In this document: positions 25,331 to 38,344 of the stretch, one piece after another
Layout of the letters: every line of letters begins with the position of its first letter
Position numbering within the stretch: the stretch's first letter is position 1
Source of the DNA: Leucoraja erinacea
Taxonomy: Eukaryota
Reading direction: 5' to 3'
DNA length: 64,000 bases
Assembly (NCBI RefSeq): GCF_028641065.1
Contig: NC_073385.1
Location: forward strand, 19,654,001 to 19,718,000
Program-made: the position numbers and the translations under genes
Notes under the pieces: model-generated
Told to the model about the DNA's origin: nothing
The model's database searches: none
What the model saw: only the letters and a program-made list of their open reading frames with translations

Positions 25331-26496
25331 CTTTAGACAGACATATTAGGTGGAAACAGACCTTTCGGCCCACCGAGTCTGCACCAACCAGCGATCACCC
25401 CGTATACTAGCACTGTCCTACATGCTAGAGACAATTTACAGAAGTTAATTAACCTCCAAATCTACTTGTCTTTGGATAATGCGAGGAAAAAGTCAGGGAA
25501 AACTCACACGTTCACAGGGAGAACGTATAAACTCTGTATAGACAGCACCCTTAGTCAGGATCGAACCTAGATTTCTGGCGCTGTAAGGTAGCAACTCTAC
25601 CCCTGCATCGCCCTGCCCACGTTTGGCTCATATCCCTCCACACCTTTCCCATCCATGTACCTGTCCAAATGTCCTTTAAATGCTGTTAATTGTACTTGCA
25701 TCAACTACCTCCTCTAACACAAAGTGCTGGAATAACCCAGCATGTCAGGCAGCATCTGTGGAGACCATGGAGAGGTGACGTTACGGATCGAGCCGTCGCT
25801 TATCCATGTTCTCCAGATATGTTGCCTGACCTGTTACTCCAGCACTTTGTGTCCTTTTGTGTATCAACCAGCACCTGCAGTTCATTCTGTCAACCTCCTC
25901 TGGCAGCTTGTTCCGTACACCCACCGCCCTCTGAGTGAAAACGTCGCACCTCAGATTCCTATTAATAATCGCAACCAAAAGGAGCTTGGACATAGTGGAG
26001 GGGCTTTTGGGGATGTTGTCTAAGATCCCCGTCGCAACTTCTTGCTATCTGGTCAGGTTTGGGTTCATTATCGTCACATGGATCGAGGAACAGTTAAAAG
26101 CTTTGTACTGCATGCTCTTCAAACAGGTCAGAAAAACCATAAATAAACTCGTCAAACTCCAGTACAATAGGTGGAGCAAAGGGGAAGATACAGAGTGTCG
26201 AATATAGTTCTCAGCATTGTAGCGCATCAGTTCCACAGACAAATGTCCCGCCACCACAGTAATCAGTCTGAAGAAGGGTCCCGACCAGAAAGATCACCTA
26301 TCCATGTTCTCCAGGGATGCTGCATGACCAGCTGATTCACCCCATCACCCTGTGACCGTCAGTATGCTTTCTGTAGTGCATCTTTAGAAGTTTTCAGAGT
26401 GGTTGGAGACATGATGAATTTCCTCAGTAGGCAAAGAAAGTCGAGGAATTGGTGTGTCGTCTCGGCTAGCGCATCAATGTGGTTGGTCTGACAGTA

Positions 26497-26673
26497 CGAG
26501 GTCCTGTCGCACTTTTTGATGTGGCTGGACAGATGATGGTAGCAGAGGTCCTATTACACATTCTGGGTGTGGCTGAAGTTCTATCACATGTTGGTGTGGC
26601 TGGCCAGATGATTGTTGCTGAGGTCCTATTGACCTTTCTTGGTGTGAAAGGTCAGATGGTGGTTGCTGAGGTC
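26497..26673 (-). repeat. Degenerate 33-48 bp tandem repeat spanning the ZBTB1 stop codon
   Basis: About four units GACCTCAGCAAC..CATCTG..CACACCAA..TAG; the first unit encodes the last residues of ZBTB1. Confidence 0.7.
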
Positions 26674-28464
26674 CTTCTTGTGCTTGAACTTGTCCCCACA
26701 GAAGCTGCAGGTGTGCAGGTGCAGGTCCATGTGCCTCTGCAGCTGCTGGCTGCCCCCCAGCACCTGAAAGCAGACGTCGCAGACCACCTGGCCGGCGGAC
26801 AGATGCGAGACCAGGTGGCGCAGATGGTCCTGCTTGCGGTAGGTGCCCTGGCCGCAGCTGGGGCAGACATAGCGGGCCACGCCACGGTGCATGTCGAGGT
26901 GCAGCCGCAGGAGGCGTTCCCGCAGGAAGTTCTTGCCGCAGATGTGACAGGTGAACTCCTTCTCGCGGGTGTGTGTGGCATGGTGCTCCCGCAGGTGGCA
27001 CCGTTGGAAGAAGGCCTTACCGCACAGCTGGCAGACGTGCTTGCGATGGGAATTGCGTAGGGGCGGGCCCGGAGGCCCGGCCTGGGGCAGGAGGCAGGCG
27101 GACATGTGTTCGGCCCAGGCCCCTTCCTCCTCGAAGGCCAGCGTGCACCCAGGGCAGCGGAAGGCCATGCCTGCCCTGTGCTGGCGCATGTGCTCCTCCA
27201 GTTGGCGCCGTCTGCGGAAGCCGACCCCGCACACGTGGCAGGAGAAGAGGCCCGAGGCCTGACCCGCCTGCCCGTCACCCAAGCAATGCTCTGCATGCTC
27301 CTGCATGCGGCCCCCCTTTACCAGGATGCGGCCACACTTACCGCAGGCACATACGCTCTCTATGTGGCGGGACACGTAGTGGTCAGCCCGTTGGCTCTCG
27401 GGCAAAGCCACACCACACAGCTCACAGGCTGGGCCTAGCGACCCGTCACCGGCCTCTGTCTCCGTCTCCTCCTTCAGGCCTTCAACTTCCTCTCCTCCCT
27501 CCTCCTCCTCCTCCTCCTCGTCCTCTGTCCAGCCCAGCTGACGGCCGCAGGCTTCATCCTCGTCACCCCCGGCAATGGCCGCCTCCTCTTCCTCGTGCAC
27601 CTCCACCACCATCAGGTCGCCCAGCCCCGTGGCAGCCGTGTCCTCAGGTTCCGTCTTGACCACAGGCCTGGCTGGGCCCTCTACCTGGCTCCCTGTATCC
27701 GTGGTGACGGGCCGGGCCTCCCCTGGCAAGGCCATGCAGCTGCCGCAGGTCAGCGAGTGCTCGTCCAGCAAACGCTCGCAGCTGAAGACGAAGCCGCAGC
27801 GGTCGCAGGTGTAACGCCGGCCAAAGCGCCGGCCCTTCATCCCTCCGCTGCCATTGCGGCCTTGCTTGCGGGTAGGCAGCCTGCCCGGGGCCTGGTTCAC
27901 CTCCAGCTCCGGGCCCACCTCACTGCTAGGTCTTAGCTCGGCCTCTCCCTCCACTAGCACGGCAGCTACCGCTGCCTCTGTCGCCACTACCCCTCCTCCC
28001 TTCACCGGGCCTCGCATCCTCACTCCAAACAGCATGGGTCCCTGGGCCGGGCCCGAGGGCCGGGGAGGAGGGGATGAGGAGGAGGAGGGGGCCCCGGCCT
28101 CCCGCAGCTCCTCCAGGCTGCGCGGCACGTAGTAGAGCTGCAGGAAGGACATGGCGGCGCGGAGCTGCTGGAAGTCGGAGGGCTGGCCCATCACACGGCC
28201 CAGGTACATCAGCTGCAGGATCAGGTCAAAGGAGTCGGCGCTCACCTCGGCCTCGTTCAGGCTGAGCTGGGCCGGGGCAGCCTGCGCCTGCTGCTGCTGC
28301 CCGATGAAGAGCATGCGGAAATAGGAGCTGCAGGCCGTCAGCACCGCCCGGTGGGCCCGGAAGTAGATGTCGCCGATCACCACGCAACAGTCGCACAGGA
28401 AGCCCCACTCGCGCTGGCTGTTCAGCTGCTGCAGCACATACTCACTGTGGCTGGGCCGAGACAT
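26626..28464 (-). CDS. ZBTB1: Zinc finger and BTB domain protein 1, single coding exon, 612 aa
   Basis: MSRPSHSEYVLQQLNSQREWGFLCDCC, CDRCGFVFSCERLLDEH, CACGKCGRILVKG and terminal fingers SHLSAG..CFQV..HMDLHL match recalled ZBTB1; acceptor ctctgcAG at 28509-28510. Confidence 0.92.
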   Translation of the reverse strand: MSRPSHSEYVLQQLNSQREWGFLCDCCVVIGDIYFRAHRAVLTACSSYFRMLFIGQQQQAQAAPAQLSLNEAEVSADSFDLILQLMYLGRVMGQPSDFQQLRAAMSFLQLYYVPRSLEELREAGAPSSSSSPPPRPSGPAQGPMLFGVRMRGPVKGGGVVATEAAVAAVLVEGEAELRPSSEVGPELEVNQAPGRLPTRKQGRNGSGGMKGRRFGRRYTCDRCGFVFSCERLLDEHSLTCGSCMALPGEARPVTTDTGSQVEGPARPVVKTEPEDTAATGLGDLMVVEVHEEEEAAIAGGDEDEACGRQLGWTEDEEEEEEEGGEEVEGLKEETETEAGDGSLGPACELCGVALPESQRADHYVSRHIESVCACGKCGRILVKGGRMQEHAEHCLGDGQAGQASGLFSCHVCGVGFRRRRQLEEHMRQHRAGMAFRCPGCTLAFEEEGAWAEHMSACLLPQAGPPGPPLRNSHRKHVCQLCGKAFFQRCHLREHHATHTREKEFTCHICGKNFLRERLLRLHLDMHRGVARYVCPSCGQGTYRKQDHLRHLVSHLSAGQVVCDVCFQVLGGSQQLQRHMDLHLHTCSFCGDKFKHKKDLSNHHLTFHTKKGQ

Positions 28465-28588
28465 CCTGCACCAGGCCAGGCCGGGCCGGCCAGACTGGGC
28501 CACAGGCTCTGCAGAGGGAGATACACGGGTCAGTGCACTGCAGACACATACAAAGTTCGACAAAAGACTTTCATAAGTGTGACTTTAA

Positions 28589-28917
28589 TGCCCTGTCCCA
28601 CGGTACGAGTTCATTCCAAGAGTTCTCCCGAGTTTGCCCCGATTCGAACTCGGAGATTTACGGTAATGGCCATTCGTCGGTACTTGGGGCTCTCGTGGAC
28701 ATTTTTCAACATGTTGAAAAATCTTCATGAGTCTTGCCGTGCTTACCTGCCGTTAGCGAGTCTTGCCAAGTACCTGCCTTTAGCGTTATGAGCCGCTAAG
28801 AGACGTCCCCAAACTCCGACGTATCCGCTACGTTCATTCTCCGTGCTTACCACGAGTTTGATTTTTTTTTTAACTTGGGAGAGCTCTTGGAATGAACTCG
28901 TACCGTGGGACAGGGCC
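28589..28917. mobile_element. Palindromic PIF/Harbinger-like MITE
   Basis: GCCCTGTCCCACGGTACGAGTTCATTCCAAGAG ... CTCTTGGAATGAACTCGTACCGTGGGACAGGGC long inverted repeats. Confidence 0.75.
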
Positions 28918-31477
28918 ATAGCTGTTCTGCTTGTTGATACGTATTGCGAAACTTATTGTTCTTAGGAAAGCCTTGACTGAATGATTGGAGCATTGTGTAC
29001 AGATATCTGTTACTTTGTTATTATCTGTTATTATAAAAACCAACAGCTGCTATGAACGGATCCGAGTAATGTAATTTTGGCAGTTTCCGTACTTGACGAA
29101 GCTGTTGAAGGAACTAAGATCTGCACATTCACTTGTTTGTTCAGCAGTATATATATAAACCCATGCAGTCTGTACTCTGGAGGAACTGTCTCCCGGGGCA
29201 AAGGCTAGTGGGTGGACAAAGGCTAGTCATGAAAAGGAGACAAAAGGCTGTGAGTTAAGGAGCGGAGAGAAATGTGAAGTCAAAGGAAGGGATGGTCCAG
29301 ACTATTTAACAACCGTAGCTTCCAAGTCAATCCCCACTTCAGCCCATCACTGACCCAGCGACCACACAGGTCTCTGCCTTCGACACCCCGTGGCAGGGCT
29401 GCTCCTGTACATCCTCCAGTTTCCCTTCCACAATAACTTCCCCTGAATCAGCGTCTCATTTGTATCATGTCCCCACTGCAGAGAGCACTGCCCTACACGG
29501 CTCCCCATCATTCTCCTCCTCAAACACGTTCCTCTATGGACCCACTCTCCCATCCCTACCCACCCACAATCCTGTCTTCACCAGTGGCCTTACCATCAAC
29601 GCCCAGGGATCAGGTTCAAGCATTGCCTCTGCTTCCTCCTTTACCTGGATCTTCAGAATCATTCATATGGATAGGAAATGTAGAGGGATCTGGGCCGAAC
29701 GCAGACAAATGGGACGAGCTTAGATGGGGCATCTTGGTCAGAATGAATGAGTTGGGTCAAAGGGCCTGTTTCTGTACTGTATGGCTCTAAAACCTCCTGC
29801 CAATGATTTGTTTACAATTGAATTAGATTAGATTAGATTAGATTAGATTTGTTTATTGTCATTCAGACCTTTCGGTCTGAACAAAATTTTGTTTCCCTGC
29901 AGTCATACATATAATTTAAAAATTTAAAAAAATGACAAAAACACATATTCAACACAAATTTAACATCCACCACAGTGAGTTCACCAAACACCTCCTCACT
30001 GTGGTGGAAGGCAAAATCTTAAAGTCTCTGGCTCTTCCCTCTTTGTGCTCCCTCTGCGCCGAGGCGACGGTTCAAACTCCGCGGGTGGTCGCTGCCTCGC
30101 CACAGCTTCGGGGCCGAGTCGGGTCTCTGCTGCCGCTGCTGCTGCCGCCGCCACAGAATTGAGATATACAGCATGAAAACAGCCCCTTCGGCCCACCAAG
30201 TCCACAACGACCATACATCACCCGTTCACACTAGTTCTATGTTATCCCACTTTCTCATCCACTCCCTACACACTAGATGCAATTTAGACAATTAACCTAC
30301 AAACCTTTGTTTGGGATGTGAATGGAAACCAGAGCAACTGGAGGAAAGCCACGTGGTCACATGGAAATTGTGCAAACTCCACACAGACAGCAGCCGAGGG
30401 CAGGATGGAAGCCGGGTCTGTGGTGATGTGAGACAGCAGCTCTACCCGCTGCGCCACTGTGCTGCCTGGATCGATGTCTTGCATCACCACCACCTTCTGT
30501 GTTTATTCAAGAATGTTGCTACTACAAGTTTAGTTTAGTACTGTCACATGTACCAAGGTACAGTGAAAAGCTTTTTGTTTCAATGCTATCCAGTCAAAGG
30601 AAAGACTGCACATGGTTACAATCAAGCTGTCCACAGAGTACTGATAAAGGGGACAACATTTAGTGCAAGATGTAACATTGAAGTTCAATAAAATGCCACA
30701 GATGGCTGTGGAGGTCAAGTCAGTGGTGGATATGTTTAAGGCAAAGATAGATTCTTGATTAGTACAGGTGTCAGAGGTTGTGGGGAGAAGGCAGGAGAAT
30801 GGGGTTAGGAGGGATGGATAGATCAGCCATGATTGAATGGCAGAGTAGACTTGATGGGCCAAATGGTCTAATTCTAGTCCTACCACTTATGACTTGGTCA
30901 GTGCCCTCTGGTCCTGGACTCTCCCACTAATGAAAACATCTTCTCCACATTCACTCTATCCAGGCCTTTTCACTATTCGGTACGTTTCAAAGAGGTCGCC
31001 CCCTCACCCTTATAAACTCCAGTGCCGTCAAACACTCATCATATGTTAACCCACTTGCCCTCCACAGAAATAAACAAAAGGCTGCATTAACTCAACGGGT
31101 CAGGCAGCATCTCTGGAGAAAATGAATCAGTGACGTTTCTGGTCGGGACCTTTCTTCCTGAAAGAAGAGGGGACGGCAACTGGAGGTAGGGAAAGGCCAG
31201 AACAATTCACATGTTTAATCAATAATGTTCTATTATTAATGTTTAATGTTTTATGTGTCATTCCTAACTGTCAATGTATGTCATGTTGTCACTTGCGGGC
31301 GGAGCACCAAGGCAAATTCCTTGTAGGTGAATATTTGGCCAATAAACTTATTCATTCAAACAGGCCCTTCAGCCCACGTCACCCATCCATCACTCGCTCA
31401 CACTAATTCTGTTGTCTTGGACCAGTCTCACTTTGGTCACTCCCTCTTCTTCCTCTCTCTCATCGGGAAAGAGGTAT

Positions 31478-33556
31478 AGGGGGGGGGTTGCACGTAAGGT
31501 CACTGGGTCAGAGGGCTCGATGCACGGAGCCGCTAAATACATCTGGAGGACATCCGTCACTTCTGGTATATGTTATCTATCTATCTATCTTCTATCTATC
31601 TATATATATATATATAAAACTCAAATCAGTCCGCCTGCAGTACGGATCCCTTCCTGCCTTTCGATTCGTTGACGGCTGCTCCTTCCTCAGCTTCCAACAC
31701 ACTTCGAAACAATGTTGCAAGACAGGAACACTGAACTTTTCACTGCTGCAGCAGGCAGGGATTTTTTTTAAAGCGGCAGGGCAGTACTGGAATCTTACTT
31801 TTGAGAACGGCTTCAGTTCCATTGGAGGAGACGGGTGCATGGTGGAATATTGGGTTGGGGGATCACACCATTGGGGGAGCAGACCCAACGGGTCTGCACT
31901 TGGTCTAGTATATATATAAAACTCAAATCCATCCGACGTCCGCCTGCAGTACGGATCCCTTCCTGCCTTTTGATTCGTTGACGGCTGCTCCTTCCTATCA
32001 GCTTCCAACACACTTCGAAACAAAGTTGCAAGACAGGAACACTGAACTTTTCACTGCTGCAGCAGGCAGGGGAGGTGCAATTGAGGGAGGCAGGGGAGTG
32101 CTGGAAACTTACATTTGGCAACGGCTTCAGTTCCATTGGAGGAGACGGGTGCATGGTGGAATATTGGGTTGGGGGAATCACACCATTGGGGGAGCAAACC
32201 CAACGGGTCTGCACTTGGTCTAGTATATATATAAAACTCAAATCCATCCGACGTCCGCCTGCAGTACGGATCCCTTCCTGCCTTTTGATTCATTGACGGC
32301 TGCTCCTTCCTATCAGCTTCCAACACACTTCGAAACAATGCTGCAAGACAGGAACACTGAACTTTTCACTGCTGCAGCAGCAGGGGAGGGGAGGGAGGCA
32401 AGTGAGGGGAGGAGAGACGGGTGCAGGGGAGTGTTGGGGGAAACACCATTACATTTGGCAATATATATAAACGACGTCCGCCTGCAGTACGGATCCCTTC
32501 CTGCCTTTTGATTCATTGACGGCTGCTCCTTCCTATCAGCTTCCAACACACTTCGAAACAATGCTGCAAGACAGGAACACTGAACTTTTCACTGCTGCAG
32601 CAGGCAGGGGAGGTGCAAGTGAGGGAGGCAGGGGAGTGCTGGAAACTTACATTTGGCAACGGCTTCAGTTCCATTGGAGGAGACGGGTGCATGGTGGAAT
32701 ATTGGGTTGGGGGGATCACACCATTGGGGGAGCAGACCCAACGGGTCTGCACTTGGTCTAGTTAATGCTAAAAACGCGTACTTTCCTACCTGTTAAAAAT
32801 CGCTAAAATGTTGAATTTTTGCGCTGAAAAAAATTGTGGGAGTCGGGGTAAGTGTGAGAGACATGTACCCAACTTTAGAATTCCAAAAGTGAAGCGAAAT
32901 GAAGGTATAGAGAAGCGAGAACTGAAGGGACTGCACCAGCTAAAGTGCTTGGTAAACATTGGCCGTGCAGATATCGGAATTGAAAATATTGAGAATTATC
33001 GCGTATGCTCACTGCATTTCATCAAGTAAGGCACTATTTGTGTTTTTTCTTGATTCCTTTGGTATCTAAAAATTCTTAGAAGTGATAAATCTGGCTGTAA
33101 ATTTTTCTTCAGATACGTTTTCATTTTGTATGTAAAAACCCACTTGGGAACCATGGGCGATTTTTTTTAAATTACACCCAGATTTATCACTTCTGAAACT
33201 TTTTAGATGCCCAAGGAATCAAGAAAAAACACCTTAGTTGATGAAATGCAGTGTGCAAACGGCCAATGTCCGGCAAGCACTCTGGCTGTTGTTGTCCCTT
33301 CAGCTCTTGCTTCTAATCTAACGTAATTTCTCATCACTTTTGGAATTCTGGAGTAGGCTAAATGTCTCTCACGCTTATCTCGATCTCCATAATTATTTAC
33401 AGCGCAAAAATTGACAATTCAGCGGGTTTTAACGGGCCCGCTACGTTGGAAACAATGGTAAGTGCCTACCTGCAGTTCATCGCGTGTAATCCATTTGGAG
33501 TAGCGTAGCAACAGTACGGGTCATGGGTCGTGACCCGACTGCCATGAAACCTCCCT
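31478..33556. mobile_element. ISL2EU-like non-autonomous DNA transposon with two inverted THAP-domain remnants
   Basis: Ends AGGG...CCCT flanked by AT on both sides (31476-77, 33557-58); THAP-like ORF 32808-33029 (MLNFCAEKNC..FRIPK..RVCSLHF) and its degenerate inverted copy at about 33240-33430. Confidence 0.65.
31576..32761 (+). mobile_element. Head-to-tail array of non-autonomous Helitrons (about 310-bp units, four copies, one truncated)
   Basis: A|TC 5' end; units end in hairpin GCAGACCCAACGGGTCTGC plus CTAG (31905, 32220, 32758) followed by T; no TSD. Confidence 0.8.
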
Positions 33557-34014
33557 ATAGAAGTTTCAGGTACAGTTTTTTTCCCCAGCAGTTATCAGGC
33601 AACTGAACCATCGCATCATCAATTAGAGAGTGGTCCTTCAGACACACCACTATCTTTAATCGGACTTCACCTTATACTAAACATTATTCCCTTTCAAAAG
33701 ACATTTGGAAAGGTACATGGATAGGATGGGTTTAAAGTGATATGGGCCAAACACGGCGGGCAGGTGGGACTAGTGCTGATGAGGCCATTGTGCTCAGTAT
33801 GGACAAGTTGGGCCGAATAGGTGGATACACACCCGCCTGGCTACATTCCTCCACGGCCCGTGCAACCACCTCAACCGGTTGCATTAACCAGCGGCTGCAA
33901 CAGTCTGCTGCACTACTCTTAACGTCTAAGCCAGCTGCACAGGGGCCAGCTACAACTCACGGGTCCGTCTGTTCTGCATTGCTACAACGCCCGCGTCCAC
34001 CGGCTGTTTGCATT

Positions 34015-34046
34015 CAAAGATACCATAGCAAGCTATAGGATCTTTG
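34015..34046. mobile_element. 32-bp micro-MITE, same family as 1969-2002
   Basis: CAAAGATACCATAGCAAGCTATAGGATCTTTG flanked by TTTGCATT and GTTGCATT (7/8 match). Confidence 0.65.
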
Positions 34047-34785
34047 GTTGCATTAACGCAGTTTCCGGGTCCAGCTGCAATGCACCCGGCCGGTTGCATT
34101 AACTCTAATGCAGCCACAGCGCACCCGGCCAGTTGCATTAACCCCACCCCAGCGCCCACACAGCCGCCCGGTTGCATTGCACAGGGTGTGGGGCTGGTCG
34201 GCGGAGACACATCACTCCCTCCCTTCTGCCCCCCCCCCTATCCCGGCCTTGCCATTACCCTTTGCAGAAGCGGCCGGCGGTCTGCCGTGGGCCGGAGTCC
34301 GGTGTGCGCGCTGTCCGGGGCGAGGTTGCAAAAGCTTCGGGCCTCGGCTGCACACATCGACAGGAAATGAGCCGCTGTCTCTCCTCCTTCCAGGGGAAAC
34401 GCGCTGTGCGAACTCTGAGGTTGCAGCACCGTGTGTCCCACGCTGTTACAACGCAGCCTATAGGATCTTTGAAACACAGTGCGAGAGGATCTTTGGTCAA
34501 GCTCCGCTTTAAGATATTTGGTTAAGCGTGAATTATTGTCGTCGTGTGTCCCAGACGGAACAAAGCAGCAAAGCACAATATGGAAACACACTATACAGTT
34601 AGATAGAGCTCTAGGGGCTAATGGAATCAAGAGATATGGGGAGAAGGCAGGCACGGGTTATTGATTGGGGACGATCAGCCATGATCACAATGAATGGCGG
34701 TGCTGTCTCGAAGGGCCGAATGGCCTCCTCCTGCACCTATTTTCTATGTTTCCAATATGATAAACGAGAGAGAATAAAAAGCTCA

Positions 34786-34831
<46 letters not shown>

Positions 34832-35072
34832 TAGTACACACACACATATATATATCATTCTTTTAATCTGGATTTTTAACTCCTATATTGTATTTTTAAA
34901 TATATATAATTTATGATGCTTTTATAAGTGATATACTAAGATTTTATATGTACGTTATGATATTTTTTTAAATATGCAATGCATTTTTTAAAGTAATGTT
35001 GCCCCTTGTCTGGACATCGAGTCCATAATAAAGTTTATTATTATAATATATATATATATATATATATATGGA

Positions 35073-35110
35073 CTAGACCAAGTGGGACCCGTTAGATCCC
35101 GTCCCCTCAA
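35073..35110 (-). mobile_element. Helitron 3' terminus related to the 31.6-32.8 kb array; 5' extent not determined
   Basis: Reverse complement reads GGGATCTAACGGGTCCC-ACTTGGT-CTAG-T. Confidence 0.6.
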
Positions 35111-36094
35111 CGCGCGGTTGGGAGGAGGGGGCCGGGGGGGGGGGCAGGGGGCAGCCTGCAGCATCACACACACACAACCACCCCCCACACACACACTAAC
35201 CCACCCCCACACACACACTACCCCCCCCCCACACACACATACACTAACCACTACACTATTCTCCTGCCTTCTCCCCATAACCCCTGACACCCTTACTAAT
35301 CAAAAACCTGTCAATGTCCACCTTAAAAATGTTAATTGGCCTCCACAGCCACCACCCTCTAACAATTGAAACACTTTGGGTTCTCTCAGAATAACATATA
35401 AAGGGCCATTTAACTAATGGCACGATGGTTACTTGTGGATTTGAAATAAATCATCATTGTTCAATGTCTCTGTAAACTTTCATCTTTGCCCTTTAGGCTG
35501 TGGGCCGAGCATCAAAAATGTGTCTAGAAATCAGTTTTCGTGACCCAACTCACAGAACTACATGAAATTTTCCACAGATTTAGATGAAATATAATTGAGA
35601 AGGATGTCATAACTCGTCATTGCCGAAAGTTGCACATTAATTAATTAAACTAACGAGAAAATGAGATCGGGAAAGTAAACGCCATCTAGTGGCCAATGCC
35701 CAAATTACACGATGGCCAGCATATTTTCGTGTTGCAGTCGATTTAAACTATATATTATTATACCTATATATATATATTAATGGCAGGGGAGACCATCCCC
35801 TGTGGAGGGTCAGGCAGAGGCTACAAAAAAACCCATCTCATAGTCATTAAGTCTGCATGGACTTCAATTTATAACATTTCAACTACGCTGTGGGCCGAGG
35901 AGCTTTATTCCAGTGTTTCATGACCCAAGTCACGGAACTACATGACATTTTTACATATTGTGTAAAAAAACGATATAAATCACCCCTGAAACTCGTCAAG
36001 AACAAAACTTGCACATTTTTATTAAATTAGAGAAAAAACGGAAATATTTCGGGTATTTTTAGTCCAATCAAAGCACATTTAACATTGAGTTGTA

Positions 36095-36500
36095 TGTACT
36101 TTGTTTTAGTTTATGTCGATGACATTCTGGTCTCCAGCCGTTTTCATCGCGAACACTGTGAACACCTCCGCGTGCTGTTCCAGCAGCTCCGGGATCACGG
36201 GTTGGTCATTAACGCCGCCAACTGCCGGTTCGGTCTCAGCTCCATCTCTTTCCTGGGGCACCACCTTACTCCGCAGGGCGCTACACCTCTTCCCAGTAAG
36301 GTGGATGTCATTCGGCGGTTTCCTCGGCAGCTTACCGTCAAGGGTCTGCAGGAGTTCGTGGGAACGGTGACCTTTTACCATCGTTTCGTGCCGGTGGAAG
36401 CTCGGATCATGCGGCCTTTGTTCCTGTGCCTGGCTGGTAAGCCGCGGGATCTTGTGTGGAACGCCGAGACCAAGGTCACTTTCGATGATGCCAAGGAGGT
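36095..36500 (+). mobile_element. Ty3/Gypsy reverse transcriptase fragment
   Basis: VYVDDILVSS..H..HLRVLFQQL..GLVIN..C.FG..ISFLGH..LQEFVG..FYHRFVP; no LTRs seen. Confidence 0.85.
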
Positions 36501-37330
36501 GCAAAGGGACTTGTGAGTGCTTGTGCAGGATTTCCAAAATATTAATCTGCAATTCGAATCAGTAGTATAGAAAGGAAATAATTTATTTAAATAAGGCTTG
36601 TATACAAAAACAGGGATGTAATGCTGAGCATCTATAAGGCACTGGTCAGGTTGCATTTGGAATATTGTGAGCAGTTTTAAGCACCATATCTGCGGAAGTA
36701 TGCGCTGGCTCTGGAGAGGGTCCAGAGGAGGTTTACAAGAATGATCCCAGGAATGAGTAGGTTAACATATGATGAGCGTTTGTCGGCACTGGGCCTGTAC
36801 TCGTTGGAGTTTAGAAGAATGAGGGGGGAACCTCATTGAAACTTACAGAATAGTGAAAGGATTGGATATAGTGTATGTGGAGAGGATGATTTCACTAGTT
36901 GGAGATTCTAGAACTAGAGGCCACTGGAGGACTTTTTTTAGGAAGCAGATGAGGAGAAATTTCTTTAGTCAGAAGCTGGTGAATCTGTGGAATTCTTTGC
37001 CACAGAAGGCTGTGGAGGCCAAATCAGTGGATACTTTAATGCAGAGACAGGTGTCAGAGGTTATGGGGAGAAGGCAGAGGAATGGTGTTACGAGGGAGAG
37101 ATAGATCAGCCATGACTGAATGGCATAGTAGACTTGATGGGCCAAATGTAATTCTACTCCTATCATTTAGTGGCCATTCAGCCCATCAAGTCTACTCCGC
37201 CATGATTGAATGGCAGATCTATCTTTCACTCTTAACCCCATTCTCCTACCTTCCCCCCCATAACCCCTGACACCCGTACTAATCAAGAATCTATCTATCT
37301 CTGCCTTAAAAATATCCATTGACTTGGGCA
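36500..37330 (+). mobile_element. CR1 LINE 3' fragment
   Basis: Degenerate ERVQRRFTRMIPGM and FFSQKLVNLWNSLPQ. Confidence 0.8.
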
Positions 37331-38344
37331 CTTGGTATGTGGTGTGGCCTGACCAATTGCGCGAGACAAACTGGAGCAGCAATTCTCACTCTGGTGAATT
37401 GGCACTGTGGTGATATTATGGATCTAGGATGGACACAAAATGCTGGAGTAACTCAGCGAGTCATGCAGCATCTTTGGAGAAAAGGAATAGATGATGTTTT
37501 GGGTCGAGACCCTTAATTACAGGCAGCATCTTTGGGGAAAAGGAATCTTGCCACTTGTCAGATCAACCTTGTGCTGGGGGCTGGCATCATGATATGTTGG
37601 AAATGTGTAGGAGGGTCAGAGGAATATAGAATAACATGTTGATAAAATGATCCAGTTCCATTTTCTAACCACACATCATTAATGAGAGGATCATTCCCCA
37701 TGTGCTCAGAGATGCTGCCTGAGCCTCTGAGTTACTCCAGTACTTTGTCTCCTTATCCCCATCGACATTGTGCAGTTACTCCTCTGTCATAATTGATGGT
37801 GGGAAGATTCCTCTAATTTAGTTTAGTTCAGATCAGTGATACAGCATGGAAACAGGCCCTTCGGCCCATAAGCCCGCGCCGACCAGCGGTCACCTGTACG
37901 AAGGCAAGTGGGACTAGTGTAGCTGGGACATTGTTGTGCTGTGTGGGCAAGTTGGGTCGAAGGGCCTGTTTCCACACTGTATCACTCTATGACTCTATCA
38001 CTAGTTCTATCGCGTACCCTAGAGACAATTTACAAAAGCCAATTAACCTACAGGCCCGCATGTCTTCGGGATGTGGGAGGAAACCGGGGCACCCGGAGAA
38101 AACCCACGCAGGTCAGGGGGAGAATGTATAGGCAGCACCCGTAGTTGGGATGGAAACCGGGTCCATAGCGCTGTGAGGCAGCAAATCTACCCGCTGTGCC
38201 ACCGTGCTGCCCAGTGACGTAATTGGAGGGGGTGGTGGATAGAGAGGCTCCCTAGTGACATAATTGACGGGGTTAGAGAGGCTCCCCAGTGACGCCATTG
38301 ATGAGGGACGGTAGAGAGTTACTCCGGTGACGTAATTGACTCTC

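Noticed and set aside
31576-32761. CRISPR-like array or repeat-protein ORFs
   Set aside because: Eukaryotic DNA; the units are long and near-identical with no unique spacers, and have Helitron termini.
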